Part shown: piece after piece, positions 56,780 to 64,000 of the stretch | How positions within the stretch are numbered: the first letter of the stretch is position 1 | Layout: each line of letters starts with the position of its first letter | Origin: an uncultured Pseudohongiella sp. | GTDB taxonomy: Bacteria > Pseudomonadota > Gammaproteobacteria > Pseudomonadales > Pseudohongiellaceae | Direction: 5' to 3' | DNA length: 64,000 nt | Assembly: GCA_963974875.1 (NCBI GenBank) | Contig: CAXBER010000005.1 | Coordinates: forward strand, 120,928-184,927 | Position numbers and translations under genes: made by a program | The notes under the pieces: model-generated | The model's database searches: none | The model's input: the letters and a program-made list of their open reading frames with translations, nothing else | Told to the model about the DNA's origin: nothing

Positions 56780-58957
56780 GTGACGCTTAGGGAATTGCCG
56801 CTTAAGTCAGTCTACCGCAGTGGTGAAGATAATATTCTGACTGACTTCTATATACCATGCTTGAAATCAAGTGTGCTATACGAAAGAGCAGTTGGCTTTT
56901 TCTCTTCGTCAATTCTAATTTATGCCATGTGCGGTATCTCTGAACTCCTTCGAAATGGGGGTGAAATGCGTCTCATCATTGGCTATCCTCTAGAAGATGA
57001 TGAGTTTGAGATGTTACAGGCAAGTGAGTCGCTTAACCATCTTGGTAGTAAGCTTAGCGCTGATCTCGAGAAAATGATTTTAGGCGCCAATACTGACTTG
57101 CTTAAGTATAGGTTGAAACTCTTTTTCCTGATGACAGTTACAGGCAAGTTGAAAATTAAGTTTGCCTATCGCCGCAACGGCATGTATCACGAAAAAATTG
57201 GGATTTTACATGATGCAAGTGGAAACAAAGTCTTGTTTCAAGGTTCGGCCAATGAGACAACAAACGCTGTAAATCCAGACCTAAACTTTGAATCTATTAG
57301 TATATATCGCAACTGGGTACATGAGATTTACAGTGACTATGCGCAACCCTACGAGAATGGGTTCGCAAGACTGTGGTCTGGCTCTGACCCTCACACTAAA
57401 ACCTTAGATATCCCGAGCGAACTATATACGTTTATTCACAAGCAGATTAATAGGAGTGTCGAGTACTCAAGACTTGATGACCTTATCGAAGACGAGCGAC
57501 TGTTAGGCGAGCGTCAGGTTGTAGCATACGTTAATAGCTACCCAGTGGTGCCGGCGGAGATTGGAGGGAGACCTTTTACGCCCTATCCGCATCAAATTTC
57601 CGCTCTTAGAACCTGGGCCGCTAGTGAGTATCAAGGGATATTCAAACTGGCGACTGGGGCTGGAAAAACGATAACCGCGATGTACGCCGTAGCTAAAGTT
57701 TTCGAGGCAAATAGGGATGAGCGAAGAATTGCCTTAATAGTTGCTGTTCCATATATCGCTCTTGCGGAGCAATGGATCAAAGAGCTAAGGTCATTTAATA
57801 TGAACCCGATCCCATGTTTCGGGGTGCTTGAAACATGGAGGGACCGTCTCAACTCGTCGATAAGCCAGCTTAATTTAGGGGAGCTTGAGTTTTTTAGTGT
57901 TGTTGTTGTTAATCAGACTCTCCATAAAGAGCCATTCCAGTTGAGTATGGCCAGATTATCCCCAGATAATATTTTCTTCGTTGGTGATGAATGCCACCAC
58001 CATGCTACATCTACTCTCGCAAGTGCAATACCTGCCGCCGCATTCAAGATTGGGCTCTCTGCTACTCCATACTCCGACGAGCTTGATGCCGGGTACGAAA
58101 CCGATCCCGTTAGAATAGGCGCTCTTACAAGTGCATACGGCGGGATAGTTGCTGAATACGGGTTAGCAAATGCGCTCGGTGATGGTGTTCTTACGCCTTA
58201 CAACTACTATATTGAACACGTCTATCTTACAGATGTTGAGATGGACGAGTACCAGGAACTCAGTAAAGAAATAGCAACATGGTTGTCTTCAAATGAAAGC
58301 GAGTTGAGCAATAAGGTAAAAGACCTAATCCGGCGCCGAAATCGTATTATTAACAATGCGTCTCAAAAAATACCTGCGCTTCAGAGGCTTCTGGAAGCAG
58401 AGAATATTGATGACAAAAAGCACACCCTAGTGTACGTCGGGGAGGGGAGGGTACTAGAGCAGGAGGGAAATGTTAGCTTAGAAAAAGACCTAAATCAGCT
58501 TAGTGCCGTGGCTAACTGTATGATGAATCTCGGCTGGAAAGTTTCTAGATTTACCGCGCAAGAAAATAAATCTGACAGATTGGCTATTATAAGCGATTTT
58601 AAGGAAGGTAATATTGAAGCTCTAGTATCAATGCGAGTGCTAGATGAGGGCATCGATATACCCGCGTGCGAGAGAGCCTTCATTCTAGCAAGTACAACAA
58701 ACTCTCGGCAGTTCATACAAAGGCGGGGCAGGATATTGCGAAAATCTCCTGGGAAAGAAGTGGCGAACATTTATGATTTCATAGTAATCCCTAGCGTGAC
58801 AGGTAACTCAGCGCCAGCACCTTGCTTCGTAAGTTTAGTCCGAAGAGAGCTTTACCGATTAATGGAGTTTGTGAAATTGTCAAAGAATAGAAAAGAAGGA
58901 GAGAGCTGGGCGGCAAATCTCGCGAGCCAATTTGATCTGGACATAAAGGAGTTCTAA
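56780..58957 (+). CDS. PLD-like/SF2 helicase of PT-associated restriction modules (SspFGH/PbeA-like)
   Basis: YHEKIG...QGSANET; ATGAGKT; DECHH; LSATP; RVLDEGIDIP; QRRGRILR. Confidence 0.8.
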   Translation: MTLRELPLKSVYRSGEDNILTDFYIPCLKSSVLYERAVGFFSSSILIYAMCGISELLRNGGEMRLIIGYPLEDDEFEMLQASESLNHLGSKLSADLEKMILGANTDLLKYRLKLFFLMTVTGKLKIKFAYRRNGMYHEKIGILHDASGNKVLFQGSANETTNAVNPDLNFESISIYRNWVHEIYSDYAQPYENGFARLWSGSDPHTKTLDIPSELYTFIHKQINRSVEYSRLDDLIEDERLLGERQVVAYVNSYPVVPAEIGGRPFTPYPHQISALRTWAASEYQGIFKLATGAGKTITAMYAVAKVFEANRDERRIALIVAVPYIALAEQWIKELRSFNMNPIPCFGVLETWRDRLNSSISQLNLGELEFFSVVVVNQTLHKEPFQLSMARLSPDNIFFVGDECHHHATSTLASAIPAAAFKIGLSATPYSDELDAGYETDPVRIGALTSAYGGIVAEYGLANALGDGVLTPYNYYIEHVYLTDVEMDEYQELSKEIATWLSSNESELSNKVKDLIRRRNRIINNASQKIPALQRLLEAENIDDKKHTLVYVGEGRVLEQEGNVSLEKDLNQLSAVANCMMNLGWKVSRFTAQENKSDRLAIISDFKEGNIEALVSMRVLDEGIDIPACERAFILASTTNSRQFIQRRGRILRKSPGKEVANIYDFIVIPSVTGNSAPAPCFVSLVRRELYRLMEFVKLSKNRKEGESWAANLASQFDLDIKEF

Positions 58958-58960
58958 AAG

Positions 58961-59182
58961 ATGGACCCTATCGAAGAGTTGAAAGCAATAAAGGAAGAAC
59001 TTATCAAGGACGAACAGGAGGACGTGATTCAGAGAACCCTTTCTAAGCTAATTGCTATAGAGAAGTCCGCTGTGTACGGAGGTAGGGTTTCAAATAAAGC
59101 CGGAAAGATAGAGAGCGTGATCGATTCGGAGTTTAAGGTTTATAAGGAGAACTCGGGTGCTTCTAAAAAGAATAAAGCTTAA
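58961..59182 (+). CDS. Small 73-aa protein (PbeB-like position)
   Basis: Tightly packed, 3 bp after the helicase stop and overlapping the next gene; KLIAIEKSAVYG. Confidence 0.65.
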   Translation: MDPIEELKAIKEELIKDEQEDVIQRTLSKLIAIEKSAVYGGRVSNKAGKIESVIDSEFKVYKENSGASKKNKA

Positions 59183-61208
59183 AAATTTTAGGCAGTATTA
59201 TGGCGACGTCCATATACGTTTCGCGACTGATAAACATAAAAATATCACAGTAATACATGGTGAAAATGGGGTTGGTAAGACTGCACTTTTGAATGCAATT
59301 AAATGGTGCTTTTATGGAAACGTCACTACCAATTTCAGAAACCCGCAGGATTTAATATCATTCGCTGCTTTAGAGGAGGATGTTAGATCTTGCTCAGTGG
59401 AAGTAGAGTTCGAGAACGGTGGTGAATTGTTTCTAATAATAAGGACCTATGATAGCTCCAAGGGCTCGCTTACAAAGGCTGCGACTTGTCCGCCAGGGAT
59501 AGTGAAGGTATACAAGCAAAATGACAATGTATGGAGTGCCGCTCTACCGGAACCTGAGCTAGTCATCAATGGCATGCTGCCTCGAGAAATGGCGGATTAC
59601 TTCTTTTTTCAAGGTGAAGGTAGTAATGCGGTTGAAACAGGAAATAAAGGTATCAACTTAGCTAAATCAATTAGAAATATACTCGGTTTTGCGATCGCAG
59701 AGTCTACTCGAGATATGCTACGTAAATACAATAATACATTATCAAGGAAAATCGCTGAGTACGATACATCAGGAGAGGCGCAAAAATCTGCACGGGAAGT
59801 AGAGAAGTTGAGTGATTCTCTGCAGGCAATAGCTTCGCAGATCAAAGATACTGAAGACCTAATTCCTGAACTACAGTCGAGTTTAGAAGAGGCTGAGGCC
59901 AATTTGGCTAAAATAAATCACTTTGATCTTCAGTCGCTTAGGGCCGATGAAACTAAAGCGGAAAGGGAATTATCTTCGCTTCAGAAAGAGCATGCTGAGC
60001 TAAGTATTCGGAAAATAAGGAGTATTAATACTTTTGGTTGGGCGTTGTTTGGCAGTGAGTTCGCAGATGAATCGCTAGATTTTATTGATGACAGTACCTT
60101 AAAGGGCAAGCTACCTGAGCCTTATAACAAAACTTTTATAGATGACATATTGTCAGCCGCTGTGTGTATTTGTGGGCAGTCGCTCGAGCCCGGCTCTCCC
60201 GGCTATCTTAAGATCGCTAGCTTATTAGATAAGGCTGCTAACCCGGCTCTGCAAAATAGGTTGGGAGGCATTCGAGCGCAAATCCAAGACATCAAAACTA
60301 AAAATGAACTAGCCCCGGATTCAATAAGAAGTTTATTGGGCAATGTAGATAAAATCGAGTCCGATATTCAGCTTCAGAAGAACAGGCTCCAATCAATACA
60401 TGAAAAAATCACGTTGATTCCGGAGGATAGAATAGCTGCTCTTCAGAGAGCAAAATCTTCCATCCAAAAAGATCTAAGCAGTCAGAACCAAATGCTGGGC
60501 GGCCTTAAGACTAGGTTTGAAAATCTAACAAAAGAGCACGACTCGAAAAGCAGGCAACTTAAATCACTGCAGCCAAATAGTACTCTGATCGGCGACCTTA
60601 ATTTGCGGAAGTCGTTCATATCTGAGCTACAAGATTTTCTTGTCCGACATATGGAAAAAATTGAGAGCAATGTTCGGTTTCATATCATCAATAGCGTAAA
60701 TAAAATGATGCAAGATTTTTCTCGGCATTCATACAGTATTCGGGTCAAGGAGGAGGACTTCAGTATACAACTCGTTGACAACGATAGTAACTTCGTGGGT
60801 CAAGGGGATGGATTGAATCTTCTTCTGAATTTGTCTATTACTGCATCCCTCATTGAATTCGTCCGAACAAACCAGTTCGTGCGAGATCCCTTGTTGAGTT
60901 CGGCAACTGTCGCCCCGCTAGTTATTGATGCGCCATTCGGAGTGCTAGATAACGCTTATCGAAACGTCGTCGTTGGGAGTTTGCCCGCGCACGCCGAGCA
61001 AGTAATGTTCTTCGTATCTAGTAGTCAGTGGGGTGAGGATATGGATTCGGCCATACGCGATAGAATTGGTGCGGAATACTGTCTAATTCTAGAACAAAAA
61101 GAAGATAAAGGCTCCAAGCCTCTTGATATATTCACTATCAAAGGTCAGGAAATTGTTGCCAATAGATATGAATGTGAGCGTGATCGCGTTTTTGCGCTGG
61201 AGGTTTAA
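59157..61208 (+). CDS. SMC/DndD-like ATPase
   Basis: LKNFRQYYG, GENGVGKT, YFFFQGE, long coiled coil, PLVIDAPFGVLD. Confidence 0.85.
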   Translation: MLLKRIKLKNFRQYYGDVHIRFATDKHKNITVIHGENGVGKTALLNAIKWCFYGNVTTNFRNPQDLISFAALEEDVRSCSVEVEFENGGELFLIIRTYDSSKGSLTKAATCPPGIVKVYKQNDNVWSAALPEPELVINGMLPREMADYFFFQGEGSNAVETGNKGINLAKSIRNILGFAIAESTRDMLRKYNNTLSRKIAEYDTSGEAQKSAREVEKLSDSLQAIASQIKDTEDLIPELQSSLEEAEANLAKINHFDLQSLRADETKAERELSSLQKEHAELSIRKIRSINTFGWALFGSEFADESLDFIDDSTLKGKLPEPYNKTFIDDILSAAVCICGQSLEPGSPGYLKIASLLDKAANPALQNRLGGIRAQIQDIKTKNELAPDSIRSLLGNVDKIESDIQLQKNRLQSIHEKITLIPEDRIAALQRAKSSIQKDLSSQNQMLGGLKTRFENLTKEHDSKSRQLKSLQPNSTLIGDLNLRKSFISELQDFLVRHMEKIESNVRFHIINSVNKMMQDFSRHSYSIRVKEEDFSIQLVDNDSNFVGQGDGLNLLLNLSITASLIEFVRTNQFVRDPLLSSATVAPLVIDAPFGVLDNAYRNVVVGSLPAHAEQVMFFVSSSQWGEDMDSAIRDRIGAEYCLILEQKEDKGSKPLDIFTIKGQEIVANRYECERDRVFALEV

Positions 61209-61214
61209 GGAAAA

Positions 61215-61727
61215 ATGGGATCACTAAGCAAAGAAATAGCAACAAAGGAAGTTCGTCGTAATAACAAATACAATGTTCTGGTAAACCTGCTGGTATTTGG
61301 TTCGCTTGATGGAGATGAAAGCTTTAAAGGTCAACGGGTTTTTCCTTACATTAAGGACTTAATAATATTCGCTGCGATGGTCGGCAAGCGTTTTAATGTT
61401 CAAGAGGAAGTCGAGCGCGAGAATACAAAAATTATTCTAGGTACATTTGAGGGTAGTGCTGGAAGTAGTCGTGAAACAAGAATTGATCAGCATAATATTA
61501 TATTTATGTTTGGGCTTTCTGTGCTCAGAGATATGAAATACTTAAGAGATGAGAATGTGGACGAAGTGATTGAGGTCTTCGAAAGATACTCCAATGGAGG
61601 GTTGGGCATTATTTACGAGTGGCTCCGGGATGCGGCTTGGAACCCTATGGTGTTGCTAGACAAAATGGTCGATGAAGTAGAAGCGTCTGCCGGTGGACAG
61701 CCTAGTGCGATCACCAACCCATTTTAA
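61215..61727 (+). CDS. DNA phosphorothioation-associated small protein (dnd-associated protein 4/PbeD-like)
   Basis: FPYIKDLIIFAAMVG...FERYSNGGL pattern; last gene of the module. Confidence 0.65.
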   Translation: MGSLSKEIATKEVRRNNKYNVLVNLLVFGSLDGDESFKGQRVFPYIKDLIIFAAMVGKRFNVQEEVERENTKIILGTFEGSAGSSRETRIDQHNIIFMFGLSVLRDMKYLRDENVDEVIEVFERYSNGGLGIIYEWLRDAAWNPMVLLDKMVDEVEASAGGQPSAITNPF

Positions 61728-61951
61728 AGAAGCCTCGGTGGCAGTGGCTGTGCCGTATGGCGATGTCTTCTGGAGTGTCGAGCATTCGATTTAGGCAATG
61801 AGTACATCGCTCAATTGGGTTAGGTTCAAGTTGCGACACGTTGCTACAACTATTGCGGGCTTTGGAGGCTGCTAGGAATTAGTGCGTGTGCGTTTCAGAT
61901 GATTCTCGAAGCTGGTTAGGTAAGTGAAAGAAAAAACAAGTAACCAGTTAA

Positions 61952-62038
61952 TGGTGCCCAGGAGAGGACTTGAACCTCCACGACCTTTCGATCACTAGCA
62001 CCTGAAGCTAGCGTGTCTACCAATTCCACCACCTGGGC
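61952..62038 (-). tRNA. tRNA-Leu(CAG), CCA encoded
   Basis: GCCCAGGTGGTGGAATTGGTAGACACGCTAGC-TTCAGGT-GCTAG...GTTCAAGTCCTCTCCTGGGCACCA; 87 nt with long variable arm. Confidence 0.97.
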
Positions 62039-62205
62039 ATTGCGGGGTGAAGCATTTCAGAGCGCGCATTTTGCCCATCTGCACTTCAGCTGTCAATGGG
62101 TGTTCGCAAAATCTTCAGGAAATAAGGTGCCGTAGCGTGTATACTGGCCGCAAAATAGCGACGAAACAGACGAATACAGACGAATAAAGAGAAATCAGAG
62201 AATAT

Positions 62206-64000
62206 ATGTCAAGACAGAAGCAAGACGGAAAGCCCACCGGGGCGGCCCAACAGAAGTCCACAGGCAATGCCCCCATCAAAGACCCCTTCGCCAACCGCGA
62301 AGCGGAAAACTACGAAAAACCCATCCCCAGCCGCGAATTCATCATGGAGTACATGGAGGAAGTTGGCGAGCCGGTGAGTTATGAGCACCTGTGTGAACAC
62401 CTGGAACTGACCGATGATGAGGATCAGCTGGAGGCCCTGCGCCGCCGCCTGATCGCCATGGCCCGTGATGGCCAGCTGATCAGCAACCGCCGTGGCGTGT
62501 ATGGCCTGGCGGACAAGATGGAGCTGATCAAGGGCCGCATCCAGGGTAACAAGGAAGGCATGGGCTTTTTTATCCCGCAGGATGGCTCGGGTGACCTGTT
62601 CCTCAGCCCCGGCGAGATGGTCAAGGTATTTGACGGTGATATCGTGCTGGCGCGGGTGTCGGGCGTGGATCGCCGTGGCCGCCGTGAGGGCATGATTGTT
62701 GAGGTGCTGGAGCGGCGCACCACGCAGGTGGTCGGTCGTTTCTACCATGAGAGTGGTTTTGGCCTGGTGGTCCCGGATAACCGGCGCATCAGCCAGGAAA
62801 TCCTGATTCCAGAAAAAGACATCGGCAAAGCCAAAGACGGCCAGTTTGTAGTGGCGGAAATCCGCAGCTACGCCGACAACCGCCGCAAAGCCGTGGGCGC
62901 AATCACCGAGATCCTGGGCGACCACATGGCGCCGGGCATGGAGATTGATGTGGCCCTGCGAGGCCATGGCATTCCCTTTGAGTGGCCGGCCGATGTTGAG
63001 CACGCGGTGGAGGGCCTGACTGAAGAAGTGGCCGAAGCCGATCTGGCCCATCGTATTGATCTGCGCAAACTGCCCTTTGTCACCATTGATGGTGAGGATG
63101 CCAAGGACTTTGATGACGCGGTATTCTGTGAGCCCATGGATAATGGCGGCTCGCGGCTGTACGTGGCGATTGCCGATGTCTCGCACTATGTAAAGCCCAG
63201 ATCACCGCTGGACGATGAGGCGCAAAAGCGTGGCAACTCGGTGTACTTCCCGGGCCACGTGGTGCCGATGCTGCCGGAGGTGCTGTCCAACGGCCTGTGC
63301 TCACTCAAGCCCAAGGTCAATCGGTTGACCATGGTGTGTGAGATGGAGCTAAGCCCCACGGGCAGAGTGGAGCATTACCGCTTTTATGAAGGTGTGATTT
63401 TCTCCCATGCCCGCCTGACCTACACCGAAGTGGCGGACATGCTGGAGGAGTCGGACAGCGATGTCCGCGCCCGATCCCGCGAGCGTCTGCGTGAACGTTA
63501 CGCGGATGTTGTGCCGCATCTGGAAACGCTGTATGCCACCTACCTGAAGCTGGCTGAAGCCCGGCGTCAGGCCGGTGCGCTGGATTTCTCCAGCACCGAA
63601 ACCCGAATTGTGTTTGGCGAGACGCGCAAGATTGCCGAGATCGTGCCGGTGATTCGCAACAATGCTCACCGCCTGGTGGAGGAGTGCATGCTGGCGGCCA
63701 ACGTCTGCACCGCGCGCTTCCTGGAAGATTCTGACTTGCCGGTGCTGTACCGGATACATGAAGGCCCCAATCCGGAAAAAATGGAAAACCTGAGCGCGTT
63801 CCTGCGTGAGCTGGGCCTGGTGCTGACGCGCAAGTCCAAGCCGGAGCCAAAGGATTACCAGCGTATTCTGGAAAGTGTGAGTGACCGCCCGGATGCGCAT
63901 CTGATTCAGACCATGCTGGTGCGTTCGATGCTGCAGGCGGTGTATGCGCCGGAGAACATCGGCCACTTTGGTCTGGGTTTTGACGCCTATACCCACTTTA
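62206..64000 (+). CDS. rnr: Ribonuclease R (3' partial; missing from the ORF track because it runs off the window)
   Basis: PIPSREFI, FVTIDGEDAKDFDDAV, VAIADVSHYV, RGNSVYFP, AHRLVEECMLAAN, HFGLGFDAYTHF. Confidence 0.97.
   Translation, partial: MSRQKQDGKPTGAAQQKSTGNAPIKDPFANREAENYEKPIPSREFIMEYMEEVGEPVSYEHLCEHLELTDDEDQLEALRRRLIAMARDGQLISNRRGVYGLADKMELIKGRIQGNKEGMGFFIPQDGSGDLFLSPGEMVKVFDGDIVLARVSGVDRRGRREGMIVEVLERRTTQVVGRFYHESGFGLVVPDNRRISQEILIPEKDIGKAKDGQFVVAEIRSYADNRRKAVGAITEILGDHMAPGMEIDVALRGHGIPFEWPADVEHAVEGLTEEVAEADLAHRIDLRKLPFVTIDGEDAKDFDDAVFCEPMDNGGSRLYVAIADVSHYVKPRSPLDDEAQKRGNSVYFPGHVVPMLPEVLSNGLCSLKPKVNRLTMVCEMELSPTGRVEHYRFYEGVIFSHARLTYTEVADMLEESDSDVRARSRERLRERYADVVPHLETLYATYLKLAEARRQAGALDFSSTETRIVFGETRKIAEIVPVIRNNAHRLVEECMLAANVCTARFLEDSDLPVLYRIHEGPNPEKMENLSAFLRELGLVLTRKSKPEPKDYQRILESVSDRPDAHLIQTMLVRSMLQAVYAPENIGHFGLGFDAYTHF

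Noticed and set aside
59157-61727. Canonical dndBCDE modification cluster
   Set aside because: The ATPase is DndD-like, but there is no DndC-length protein or DndB here, and it is co-operonic with a PLD/SF2 helicase, which indicates an effector module.
62209-63996. Minus-strand ORFs of 325, 215 and 177 aa
   Set aside because: They are antisense shadows of rnr, which has all the expected motifs on the plus strand.
1-64000. CRISPR array, rRNA genes, IS transposases or phage structural genes
   Set aside because: No regularly spaced repeat-spacer series, rRNA-like sequence, transposase motifs or structural genes were recognised.

Overview
Gammaproteobacterial chromosomal window; TonB-dependent receptor content and the tRNA-Leu/rnr arrangement suggest a Pseudohongiella-like marine bacterium (inference). 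It has four zones. (1) 1-20.3 kb, nutrient/redox genes: two TonB-dependent receptors, a purple-acid-phosphatase-like enzyme, a NOX-like flavocytochrome coupled to an all-CXXCH NrfA-like pentaheme cytochrome, Fic, TldD/PmbA, an orphan M56-TonB protein and a paraoxonase-like propeller. (2) 20.4-48 kb, an eroding accessory hotspot: many toxin-antitoxin modules and remnants, four copies or fragments of a YqiA-like esterase gene, several deletion scars (phoD, HicA-like, HigB-like), a methyltransferase-HNH fusion, Mrr, an HTH-nucleotidyltransferase-PP2C operon, a MazG/GIY-YIG-DUF2075-S24 pair, a UDG-like gene and a WYL/double-AAA locus. (3) 48.4-61.7 kb, an AT-richer DNA phosphorothioation defence island: sspE split at a G8 tract, a small regulator, sspBCD, and a helicase/small protein/SMC-like ATPase/small protein module resembling SspFGH/PbeABCD. 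(4) tRNA-Leu(CAG) and a 3'-truncated rnr. No integrase, rRNA or CRISPR array was seen. Family assignments come from recognising motifs by eye, not from database searches.
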